A stretch of DNA of 64,000 nucleotides. Origin: Sphyrna mokarran. Its lineage: Eukaryota. The translations under genes were made by a program, and so were the position numbers. Every line of letters begins with the position of its first letter. Position 1 is the stretch's first letter. The notes beneath the pieces were generated by a model. The model saw nothing but the letters and a program-made list of their open reading frames with translations. It was not told the origin of the DNA and did no database searches. Shown piece by piece: positions 40,081-51,557 of the stretch. Location: contig JAGIQG010000009.1 of NCBI GenBank assembly GCA_024679065.1, positions 36,704,001 to 36,768,000 of the forward strand. The letters run 5' to 3'.

Positions 40081-40990
40081 GGGGGTGATCTTCCCAAAAA
40101 AATTCTAAGTGTTAAAAAAGTCTGGAAATGGGGGTATGCCACACCAGTTCTGCAATCTTCTTGTCACTTGTTAGTCTTTTGATAGATGGAAGACTTGTGC
40201 AGTGGAGAGGGGAATGGAGCCTAAATAAGCCAGTGAAACCAGCAGAAGACTGATCGGGATGCCATTGCACAGGGTGCCCTGATTTGACCATGAAGTGAGA
40301 CCTCCTGCAACACTCTTTCCCCCTCCCCCTCACCTCCACAGACATCAGGCAGTTACCCATCATCAGTGGTGTGTTTCCCCCTCCCCCACATCAATATAAG
40401 TTGACAGCATCAGGACCATCCCAGTGAGTCCCCTGAAGGACCCCCTTAAGTGCCCCCCTGCCCCATTGCATATCCCTGTGTCAAACACAACCCCCAACAT
40501 GCAATCCCTAGATCACCCCTATGTTTTGCAGAGCTCTGTCTCCTTGCATAGCGATCCCTTATATAAACTACCCCTGTCTGTGCATATCCTCTTATCAAAA
40601 CCTCACACCTACTCAGGCCCCATACACCTGGCACACATAGTGCCTAACTGGCACTGCCAAGCTGGCACTGCCTGGTCATGCCCTCAACCACCTGGAGACT
40701 TCAATGGCCTTCAATACTCCTGGCATGACCATGGGGCCTGATCCCCGCTGGTGGAGACCAGCAGTGATTCTGGCCGGTGTGTCATCACGCTGGCGAGGGT
40801 TAAATCTGGGAGGCTGGAAGATGCTGTGCAGAAACATATAACGCTTTTACTTCTGATTATTTTTATGTAATTAAGCTGGCAAATCAGGATCAGGAGGATA
40901 GCAAACAGATTTGAACCTATCCATGCCTGCGATCTTCCCAGCTCAACACGCCAATTGACCAGCACGGCAAGCTGGTATGATTATACCCAA
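40081..40990. mobile_element. Non-autonomous DNA transposon/MITE, GC-richer than flanks
   Basis: Imperfect terminal inverted repeats ggggtgatcttccc / ggtatgattataccc. Confidence 0.5.
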
Positions 40991-41304
40991 AGTCTTTTTC
41001 TAGTGTTCTGGCTGAGTACCTCTTGATGGTTTAAAATCAAGCCCATCTATTCTATACACAAGATAGATCTGGGCTGGTCCCTGTGAGCTTTTAACCTTAT
41101 GGAAAACTTCGCCTGTTTGAGTTCTATTATCCTTCTTGCTTGCAGAAGCTGTGGGTTATTTTAAAATGTTCAATTTTATTTTGGACCTAGTTTCTTAGGC
41201 TATTGGCCACTTGGCCACATTGCCAACCGAAAGATGACCCATTTATCCCTATTTTCTGCTTCCTGTTAACTAAGCAATCCTTTATTTAAATGTATAATAT
41301 CTCG

Positions 41305-42120
41305 AAATATGCAAATAACACAAAACTGGGTGGGAAGATGAGCTGTGAGGAGGATGCAAAGATCCTTCAGTGTGATTTAGACAAGCTGAATGAGTGGGCA
41401 AATGAATAGCAGATGCAAGACAATTTGAATAAACGTGAGGTTATCCACTGCATAGCAAAAACAGGAAGGCAGATTACTATCTGAATGGCCATAAATTAGG
41501 AGACGAGAACGTGCAACAAGAACTTAATGTCCTCTTACACTAGCTCCTGAAGGTAAGCATGCAGACAGTAAGAAAAGCAAATGATATGTTGGCCTTCATA
41601 GCGAAAGGTTTCAAGTTCAGAAGCAGGAATGTCACAATGCAGGACCTTAGTGAGGCCATTACCTGAAATATTGTGTGCAGCTTTGGTCTCTTTATCTGAG
41701 GAAGGATGATCTTGCTGTAGAGGGAGGACTGAGAAAGTTTACCAGACTGATTCCTGGAATGGCAGTTATGGCAAAGATTGAGTCAGTCACAACTGCATTC
41801 ACTGGAGTTCAGAAGAATGAGGAGGAAATCTCATAGAAACCTATGAAATTCTAACAGAACTAAACGAGGTAAATGAGAGAATGATATCCCTGATGGTGGG
41901 GGTGTCCAGAAGCAGGGATCTCAGCTTGAAGACAGAGAGGAGAAGAAATTTCTTCACCCAGAGAGTGGTCAGCCTTGAGGTGAAGAGGATCAAAGGATAT
42001 GAGGGGAAGGCAGGATCAGGCTATAGAGTTGGATGACCAGTCATGATCAGCTACAAAAGCAGAGCAGGCTCAAAGTGCTGAATGGTCTCCTCCTGCTCCT
42101 ATTTTCTATGTTTCTGTGTT
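41305..42120 (+). mobile_element. Decayed CR1-like LINE 3' fragment
   Basis: RT C-terminal remnants (cagtgtgatttagacaagctg, tattgtgtgcagctttggtc, ttcttcacccagagagtgg) and ttctatgtttct tail. Confidence 0.75.
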
Positions 42121-42384
42121 AACATGTTACCCTCTATGCAGGAACTCTTTTTTAAGTAGCAATCTTTAATGCAGCACCTTATCAAATACCTTTTAGAAAT
42201 CCAAGTATGTCACATCCACATGTTCCCTTTATCCACTTTGTCCATTACTTTCTCAAATAACTCTAATACATTAGTTCCTGTTTCTCAAAACCATGTTGAC
42301 TCTTCTTGATCCCATTATAGTTTTCTAATTATCCTGCTATAACCTCTTTAATCATATATTCTAACAATTACCCAATGACAAATA

Positions 42385-43335
42385 GTGCTGGAAAAGCTCA
42401 GCATGTTGGTGGCATCTGTTGGGAGAGAAATAGAATTAACAGCTCAAGAACAATATGACATATTTGGAATTGAAAAGAGATAGAAATGTGTTTTGTGTTG
42501 TTGAATAAAGGGGGAGAGGGTCAAATGGAACAAAAGAAACAGTAGGAGGTAGATTAAAGGGGAAGATTAAATATCAAAGGTGTTGTGGAAACAAACGGCA
42601 AAGAGAATGCAAGTCCAGATGAGCAGCAATTTATTTGCATTTCTTTCAATTTGGTCCACTGTATTCATTGTTCAAAATGTGGTCTCTTCTACACTGGGGA
42701 GACCAAATGCAGATAGGGTGACCGCTTTTTAGAACACCTCCACTTATTCTGTAAGCATGATTCCAATATTCCAGACACTTGCATTTCAAATCACCATCTT
42801 GCTTTCTTGCTTGCATCCTGTCCTAGGCTTATGGCAGTGTTCCAGTGCAAGCTGCAGGAACAGCACCTCATCTTCTATTTAAGGACTTTATAGCCTTCTG
42901 GGCTCAACATTGAGTTTAACAAATTCAGATGATGAACTCTGTGCTCCATTTTAATTCCCCCACCCCACTCCCACACCCTATAGTGCCAGTCTGTGTCTTG
43001 TTTTCAGACTGAGCTGACCTTTATTCTACTTTGAACACTTAGACAAAAGCTTTGTTTCTTTAGCATTCCTTTTTCCTTTTGTTCAACAGCATATTTGGCA
43101 TTTAATTTCCCCCACCCTCTAAGCAATTCCTGACCTTCCCTTTTGCCTTTAGTTCCACTTGACCACCAGCCTTTCAACATAAAACACATCAGATTTCTAT
43201 CTTTCTTTAGTTCTGAACGAAGGTCATACTGAATTCAAAACATTCATTTTGTTTCTCTGTAGGTGTTGCCACTCTAAGTTCTTCCAACATTTTATTTTTA
43301 TTTCATATCTCCAGCATCTACCATACTCTGCTTTT
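42385..43335 (+). mobile_element. Decayed Penelope-like retroelement with GIY-YIG endonuclease remnant and inverted pseudo-LTR
   Basis: 42660-42740 translates CIHCSKCGLFYTGETKCR*GDRFLEHL (GIY-YIG YIGET region); flanks resemble each other in inverted orientation. Confidence 0.65.
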
Positions 43336-44380
43336 ATCCCTATGACAGATATTTAGGCTAACATGATGCTAGTTTGCTGCTTCTTCTATCTCTTTTCTAA
43401 ATATTTAACTATTGGCTGGGATCTTACCCAAACCTAAGAAATTTTGGAAGAATATAATCAATGTCTACCTCTACTATCTCTGCACCCCTTATTTTAATAC
43501 TCGAGGATGCAGGCCATCTGGTACCAGGGACTTGTCAGCGTTTAGGTCTAATAGTCTTCTCAATATCCTTTTTCCTGGCAATGGTGATTTTTAACTTTCT
43601 CACTTTCACCTCTTGATTTTCAAGTATTTTTGGGCAGTTTGCTAAATCTTCTCCAAAGACCAAATCTTCCCCAAAATACTTGTTTTTGCCATTTCCTTTA
43701 TTAATTGACTCACTCTGTTTGCTCTCCTAGGAGATTACATGGCTTTGGAATAGCAGGAAAAGATGTTTTGATCACAATCAATCATCATGGTGCAGTGCTG
43801 GCTTGGTGAAGCAGCTGATATTTTCAAGTCTGTAATTGCAATTGAGACTGAAACTGGGCACAGTTTTCCATACTAAACTTGACCAAGTTCTTGTACAGTA
43901 ACAAAATGGTATGTCGTGTTTTACAATCAATGCCCCTGAATGTATCCCAACACCTTCATTATTTTAGACATCACCGCGTAATTACTCATATGCCTTTAGG
44001 GATCTACCTACCCAAACAACCACTTCTCTTTGTCCACCTTTAATACTTTTTCTTGAAGGTTGTATGAATGTGTGAACATTCACCCTCCTCTAATACATAC
44101 CGCAATATTTATCCAAGTTAAACTTCAGTAGTCACAAGCCCAATCTCCCAACACATCTCAAGATCTACCTGAAGTAGCTATGTAATGTGTACGGTCTTAA
44201 CACACATGTTTTGCATCCACTACAAATTTGTTGATCCCAACACCTCCATGCAGATCACTCATAAAAATAGTAAAGAGCAATTTTTCTCGTACCAATCACT
44301 GCAAGTTGCCAAAAAGCTTAAATAACATTACTTTTTGTTGTGGTTGGAAATGACTGAATTGCAAATGTTATATGTGTTGT

Positions 44381-44697
44381 GGGCAGCATGGTGGCACAGT
44401 GGTTAGCACTGCTGCTTCATAGGGCCAGGGATCCGGGTTCAATTTCAAGCTGAGATGAATGTGTGGAGTTTGCACATTCTCCCCATGTCTGTGTGGGTTT
44501 CCTCTGGGTACTCCAGTTTCCTCCCACAGTCCAAAGATGTGTGGGGTAGGTGGATTGGCTATGCTAAATTGCCCCTTAGTGTCAGGGAAATAGCTTGGGT
44601 AAATGCATGGAGTTATGGGGATAGGACCTGGGTAGGATTGCAGTCGGTGCGGACTCAATGAGCCAAATGGCTTCCTTCTGCACTGTAGGATTCTATG
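44381..44697 (+). mobile_element. tRNA-derived SINE (HE1-like)
   Basis: gggcagcatggtggcacagtggttagcactgctg (A box), gggttcaattt (B box), CR1-like tail ctgtaggattctatg. Confidence 0.85.
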
Positions 44698-45179
44698 AAA
44701 GGTAAATCTGGAATACTACAAATTAAACAGAGTAGAACAAGGTGCCAAATTCAAACCAATAGCTGAGCTTTATTAGCAGGAAATTGCACTGATCATTTCA
44801 CCAAATTCTCTATCTCTTTGACATATTAAGATTAACAAGTAGTAAGGCATCCATTTTCTTTTTGTGCGATGCAATTTCTCTTAGTTAACTGAACAGCATG
44901 AAAAAGGATTCATTGATTTCCTGATTATGGTTAGATTCCAAGAAATGCTCCAATGAACTGGTATTGCCATGGAGATGAACCACTAAGCTTTTGTGAGTAT
45001 ACAAATGAGCTAGTGAAGGTTGTCCTATTGCCGACAGCAATTTGTCTTGTGGGGATGAACTGTTAAGAAAGGTAACCAGCACACTTTCTCAGGCTCCTTT
45101 AATACAGGCAGCATTGAAGATGCAATTTCTATCAGCAGGAGGTCAGTTTGGTTAGCTTCTTGGCAGGAATAACAAATGT

Positions 45180-45917
45180 GTAGAGTATAGGACTAATGGT
45201 AGGACTCTTAATAGTGTTGAAGAACAGAGGGATCTTGGTGCATATGTGCATAGATCCCTGAAAGTTGGCAATCAAGTTGATAAGGTTGTTAAGAAGGCAT
45301 ATGGAGTCTTAGCTTTTATTGGTAGGGGGATTGAATTTCGGAGCCGCAACGTCATGTTGAACTGTACAAAACTCTAGTGCGGCCGCACTTGGAGTATTGT
45401 GTGCAGTTCTGGTCCCCACATTATAAGAAGATGTGGAGGCATTGGAGAGGGTACAGAGGAGGTTTACCAGGATGTTGCCTGGTATGGAGGGCAGGTCTTA
45501 TGAAGAGAGGCTGAGGGATTTGAGGTTGTTTTCGTTAGAAAGAAGGCGGCTAAGAGGAGACCTATTGAAACATATAAGATGATTAGAGGTTTAGATAGGG
45601 TGGACAGTGATAGCCTTTTTCCTAGGATGGAGAAAGCTAGCACGAGGGGACATAGCTTTAAATTAAGGGGTGGTGGTTTTAGGACAGATGTCAGAGGTAG
45701 GTTCTTTACCCAGAGGTTGGTAAGGGTATGGAATGCCTTGCCTGCGTCAGTTGTAGATGCGCCAAGTTTGGTGGTGTTTAAGAGATTAGTAGATAAGTTT
45801 ATGGATGAAAAGGGAATGGTTTAGGTTAGAGGGTCATTGCTTTTTGTTAATTGGTCGGCGCAACATCAAAGGCCAAAGGGCCTGTTCTGCACTGTAATGT
45901 TCTATGTTCTATGTTCT
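45180..45917 (+). mobile_element. 5'-truncated CR1/HER1-like LINE, RT C-terminus plus 3' tail
   Basis: Encodes [40 protein letters not shown] (frameshifted); ends in (TTCTATG)n. Confidence 0.85.
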
Positions 45918-46311
45918 TGTCACTTATTTTGAAAGGCTTCATTTCAATCTTAAACCTCTTCTTTTTTTGCAGCATATTTCACTGCCACCTCCAAGCTCAG
46001 GGGTTGAGTGAAGAAGCTTGAAAGATAAAGCTCAGAAGAATGAATAATTATATCATTGAGAAAATCCAGGACCTCACTAAGAAACAAGAATCCAGTGAGC
46101 CATCTAATGTCTGATACTTAAGATCTTTATTTTGATTAATAACTGCAATTTAATATCCTGAATTTTAATTGTTCCTAACTGTTGTGTTTTCTGCAATTTA
46201 TGTCCATTTCTTAAATTACAAGGAAGTTAACAATGTTCGTGTCCTGGCAAAATTCAGGAGGCTGAAATCAGGCAGACCATCTGTACAAGTTTTGCATGAT
46301 AGCTCTGATAG

Positions 46312-46580
46312 CTGCGGGTGGCACAATTGTTAGCACTGCTGCTTCACAATGCCAGGGACCTGGATTCAATTCCCAGTTTGGGTCACTGTCAGTGTGGAGT
46401 TTGCACATTCTCACAGTGTCTGTGTGATTTTTTCTCTGGATGCTCTGGTTTCCTCTCACAGTCTGAAAGACATGCAGGTTAGATGCCAAACAAGTATTGC
46501 AGTGTGTTGACTAGGGGAATTTCACAGTGACTTTGTTGCAGTGTTAATGTAAGTCTTACTTGTGACTAATAAATAAACTT
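46312..46580 (+). mobile_element. tRNA-derived SINE
   Basis: ggtggcacaattgttagcactgctg..ggagtttgcacattct..gtgttaatgtaagtcttacttgtgactaataaa. Confidence 0.8.
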
Positions 46581-47769
46581 CTATTAAACATTTTTATACT
46601 TTATGATTAGGTTTTTTTCTATGCTGTCAGTCATAGTCATAGAGTTATATGTGTCTGTTTTTCTGCATCACAATGAAATTTGAAACTTGCAGTGCAATCC
46701 AGAGTGTTTTGTAGTTCACTGACCCCACCACACACATAGACACTAATTAGCAATACTTGTGAATGGAGGGGCTGACATGATATTTTTCCCCTTTTCACAA
46801 GTTTTCAATATTTTGAAACCAATTGCGTCAGTAAACTTAACCAATCTAAGAAGTCAGAACTGGAGCCAAATTCTAATTGGAGCGAGGTTAATTGGTCATG
46901 GCTAGAATAGCTCATTTGGCCAACTGAAACCCAGCTGTTCAAAGGGCAACAATCAAGCAGGTCAGCTGAAACTAGCTCAATAACTCAAACAGGACTAGTT
47001 CAATTGGAACAAATCAGCTGGGCCTGCTGGGCCAATTTCCATTTGACAACCAGTATGGGTCCATCTTTATTCAATTCCGCAGCAAGGGTGGCAGAGAGGC
47101 CTTTTCAAAACCTATCCAAGTCATTTGATTTTCTCAAGCTGACAACATTGAGGTACCCAAAGCCATCCCCACTCAAATGAATGTCCTTACATCATTCCTG
47201 AAGAGGTCAAACATCTTCATCACAGTGACCGAACAAAATGGGAGAAAGTGCATTTAGTGGGCAACAAACAATGTTCTGACTTTATCAGGAATTGAAGTGA
47301 AGTCAAACCAATGGAGTGTAAAAAACCTCCAAACAGCTTCATTTAATTGACCCACTAGGCACCATCTGTCGCATTTGTGGCAAAGGCTGCAGATTGTACA
47401 TAACATCACAGAACTCATCAAACAGGAGTGAAGTGATTCATCCTCAATAGCAAGAAGAAAGACTGCTGTTATATAATTTGAAGCTATGCAGTATTTTAAT
47501 AGTTTTTTTACTTTACAAGCTATTTCAGCTAGGAAAACATACGCATATATGATACTGTATGGTACATTGCCTTTTTCTGGGCTAGAGGCAGCTAAAGGAA
47601 TCTAACTCAGGTACTCAAGAGGAATCAATATCAAAGCCTATGATACAGTGAAAGTTGTTTCACTGAAAGTCACAATGTTAGGGAATGCAACTACAATTTT
47701 AAGTTTGTTGCTGGCTGGGGCAGTGAAGGATAATGTTACAAAGATGGAAGTAGGCACTTTTTGAGAGAG

Positions 47770-48100
47770 AACATAGAACACTACAGTACAAACAGGCCCT
47801 TCGGTCCACAAGTTGCACTGATCACATGTATACTTACCAAGCCATAGGACCTATCTATAACCCCCAATCCCATTAGACACCATATACTCATCCAGAAGTC
47901 TTTTAAAAGACCCCAGCAAGTTCGCCTCTACCACCACCGACGGCAGCCGATTCCATTCACTCACCACCCTCTGAGTGAAAAACTTACCTCTAACATCTCC
48001 TCTGTATTTGCTTCCCTGCACCTTAAATCTGTGTCCTCTCGTAGCAACCATTTCAGCCCGGGGAAATAGCCTCTGAGAATCCACCCTACCTATTCCTCTC
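47770..48100 (-). mobile_element. CR1-like LINE 3' end
   Basis: ORF 47851..48105 GKFFTQRVVSEWNRLP; aggcccttcggtcc tail. Confidence 0.8.
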
Positions 48101-50289
48101 AACATTTTATAAACCCTCTATCAGATTGCCTCTCAACCTTCATCTCTCCAGGAAGAAGATGGTGAGGATGTGGAAAACAAAGCTCAATTTCAAGCAAAAT
48201 AGGACACCAAGTCTGGCAATTTGATATAAACTTGATATCAAGCCTAAGGAGGGGGCATGGTACAGGTACAAGGTTTGTAACAGGAGCTAATCTTTTTAAA
48301 GTTTTAACTGGAGAAAAATTGCATCTCAGCCAGGATTGGGTGTCAGGCAAGCTTGTTGACAACAGAAGCAGCAGCAGAAGATTGAGAAACTGGAGTGACA
48401 ATGGGTGTCATCAGCATATCTAGAGAATCTAAAGGCACATCTTTTGAGTAAGAAATGCACGGTCCATGAAGGAAGATTTTAGTTTGAGTGAAACAGCAAC
48501 CAAGTGAGTATATTTGGCAATTTGGTTCAAAGTGGGAATTCAGTGCATGAGGGAAAGACGTGCTTTAGGTAAAGATTTTTTTTACTGTCAACTCCGAACA
48601 GAGTACTGACAGTTGGATAACTAAGGGAGAAGGAATAAAAAGATGTGTTAATTTGCTTTTTATGCTTTCTAACGTTCTCAGCCTTGAGGAAATGGTTTTA
48701 CTCTGCTGAAGAGGCAGCCAATCATTTGATAAATATTTGGTAAGGGACTTTTCTTCCCAAGGTTCAAAACAGTTTAGCAGCTGATGAGAAGGCAGACTAG
48801 CTAGAAGCTAAGGAAAAATGTTGTTGGCCACAACTGGAGGCGGACGGTGACGAAGGGGTCTAGTTCCTCAGCAGAGACATACAAGCAAGTCAAATGTTAG
48901 AATAGTGACAGACCAGCAGAAAATATGGTCTCTACTGCTGTAGAGAGCAGCAGTGATAATGAAAGGTAATTGATCTGAAATATTTCTTCTATTTCTCTCT
49001 CTACAGATACTTCTGAACTCACTATTTCCAGCATTTCCAGTTTTTACGGTAGTGAAAACATATAAGGTTCAGATGATAGTGAAAAAACTGGATTTCTTTC
49101 CAAGACATGGACAGCATCAAAGCTAAGAAACAAGATACAGTTAAGTGTTTCATGATCATATGTGGGTGAAAAGATCGTGTGGGGGATGAGTCATAGGTTA
49201 CCTTAAAAATTGAAACAACTGAGCAACAGAATGATCACAGCAGCTAAATTGCACAACATAATCCAATGTGGCATTTAGTGCAAAACTGCAGCATTCTCTT
49301 CAACCACCTCAACTTAAATAGGAAAATCAAATGCAAGCAACTTTATTTTGGAAAATTTATTGGTACTTTGGTAAGGTTTTCTCTACATCTTCCACTGTGG
49401 AATTTTTCACAGGAGGTGCACACTGAATGCAGTCAGCAATCACAATTTTAAAGGTTCATGATTTAAACTTTAAAACTTTACCTTTTGTTCCATAGCCTTG
49501 CTTTAAAGACAAAATACCTGAAATTGTGAGAAGTGTAGATGAGTTATAAATGTTTACATCCTTTTTTTGGGAGCACCTCGGAGCTATTTTGTCGTGATGA
49601 GATTGTAAGGTGTAAAGTTCAATGACATAAACTGCATTAACCACTGAAACTGTTTTTTCCCTCCTGTAGTGATATATCCATTATGTGGAAATCTTGTTTT
49701 GTTTATCACAATGCTCTTGATATTGTAGTAAGATGAAAATGGACAAGCCCGTGATACATCTTTCACACAAATGCACAATGAAGGCTGTGAGGCTGCATAG
49801 AGACATCATCATTCTTATAGCATAGAATTAAAAGCACTACTAGAACATTATCCCAACTACTTACAGGAACCAGTTTTAGATAGAAATTGTCAGAGCAGAT
49901 TTGTTCAAGAAATATGTTCAATAATTATTTTTGTCTCAGTATATATTCTAATACGTAGTTTATAATATATATTCTAATATATACCATGTTGTTCATGACC
50001 TCAAAGCACTGTACAGCCAATATAGTTTTGAAATGCAATCAGAGAATGGACATCGGAAGAGGTTATTAGAGATTCTCAATGCAGCACATCGTCTGTGGAA
50101 GCAGGAGAGGAATTCTTTTCCATGGAATTTATCCAAGTTTTAAAAAAAATCATTTTCTGTCTCTTCCATGGCTGCTGGTGGGTGAAAACATTAGGATCAT
50201 TTCTTAATTACAGCAAGATTGTGTGGGGCAAGCTTACTAGAGCAGCTGAACTCTATCATGTTTTTGTCAATTTGAAAGTGAGAGGGAAT

Positions 50290-50560
50290 GGCGTTAAGCT
50301 CCACTCTAAAGATCTGAACATAATCTAGGCTGACACTCCAATGCAGTAATGAGGGAGTACTGTCTTTCCGATGAGACATTAAACCCAGGTCTCATCTGTC
50401 CTCTTGAATTGATGTAAAAGATCCCATGGCATTACTTTGAAGAAGTATTATCCTAAAAAAAAATTTAAAAAACCTGGTAACAATCTTATTGCTGGTTGTG
50501 GGAATTTACTGTGTGCAAACTGGTTGCCATATTTCTACATTACAACATGAAGGTACTGCA
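50290..50560 (+). mobile_element. DeuSINE-type (SacSINE1/AmnSINE1-like) ancient SINE
   Basis: ctgtctttccgatgagacattaaacc..gatgtaaaagatcccatggca..gaagaag resembles the Deu-domain core as remembered. Confidence 0.55.
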
Positions 50561-50954
50561 CTTAGTCAGATGCTCCACAACTTCTGTAAAAGCAGCAGTT
50601 CTTTTTTCTCAAATCTTTGATTTACCAAGCGATAGAACACTGTTTGTAGAAGCTTTTACTTTACTCTAGGCCTGACTGCCAGAGGGAGGCAATGTACTTC
50701 CACTGTTTATAGATCCTGATAAAGCTCTAGAAACCATAGCTGTTTTCTGTAATTGGATAATGATGCCTAGGTCAGCAAAATTAAAAATTAAAAAGGAAAG
50801 AAACAATTCAAATTTGAATGAACATTTATTGCTATTTTGAGCACTCATTGCTCAATGTATAAAGGTGGCTTTTTGGACAGATTTAATATGCGAGCATACA
50901 AAAAGTTTTGATAGTTACAAAATTTTTCTCACTTTCAAAAACAAATAGAGGTTT

Positions 50955-50960
50955 TTTATT
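50955..50960 (-). terminator. Candidate PRPF38A polyadenylation signal (AATAAA on - strand)
   Basis: tttatt on + strand ~555 nt downstream of the stop. Confidence 0.4.
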
Positions 50961-51514
50961 TTCCTAACCTGCATTTTGCCAATGAGAAACAACTGTATTG
51001 CAATTGGTCATCTAGTTTTCACAATTGTTAATGTGCTTTTAGTACAGAGTACATTAACAGTCTTGATTTTTCCACAGTATTTGTTCTTGCAACAGTCAGA
51101 ACTTTGACATTTAACATTTGTAGATTTAAGAATGGAATACAACATGAACCTTTATAGAACCATTAATCACTTTTAATAACAAAATTTACTGAATATTATA
51201 CTAAATGATGTATTTGCTCCATATTTCACAACCAATACTTCACCTAAATCATAGCAAATAAAAACTAAATTTACTTTAGGAAGCACTCAACCTACTCACA
51301 AAAAAATAGCAGAAATGTCAATCCTCTGACCCCTCCCAAAAGCTGTATAACAGCTTCACCACAGTATTTTCACATATCAAATGGAATTGTTGCAAATAGC
51401 ATCTTAAAATCAGGATAAACAAAAAGTACAAATCTTGTCAATATGAGATCAGTTATAGCTACAAACAGATCTTGTGACGCACTGGAAATGTGTATTTGTA
51501 GTTGTATATTACTT

Positions 51515-51557
51515 TCATTCATTTCCCCTTCGACTCTTCTTGTGACTCTTCTTTGAT
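51515..51557 (-). CDS. PRPF38A: PRPF38A exon 10 (SKKSHKKSRRGNE*)
   Basis: ttag acceptor; TGA at 51517-51515. Confidence 0.92.

Noticed and set aside
43731-43908. Exon-like segment (ctcctag acceptor, gtatgt donor)
   Set aside because: No sustained reading frame on +, and the reverse strand resembles degraded CR1 RT sequence.
44381-44455. tRNA gene
   Set aside because: The tRNA-like head continues into a SINE body and tail, with several dispersed copies in the window.
44885-45170. Minus-strand ORF fragment interrupted by a CR1 insertion
   Set aside because: It has in-frame stops upstream and no recognisable homology, so a pseudogene call is not supported.
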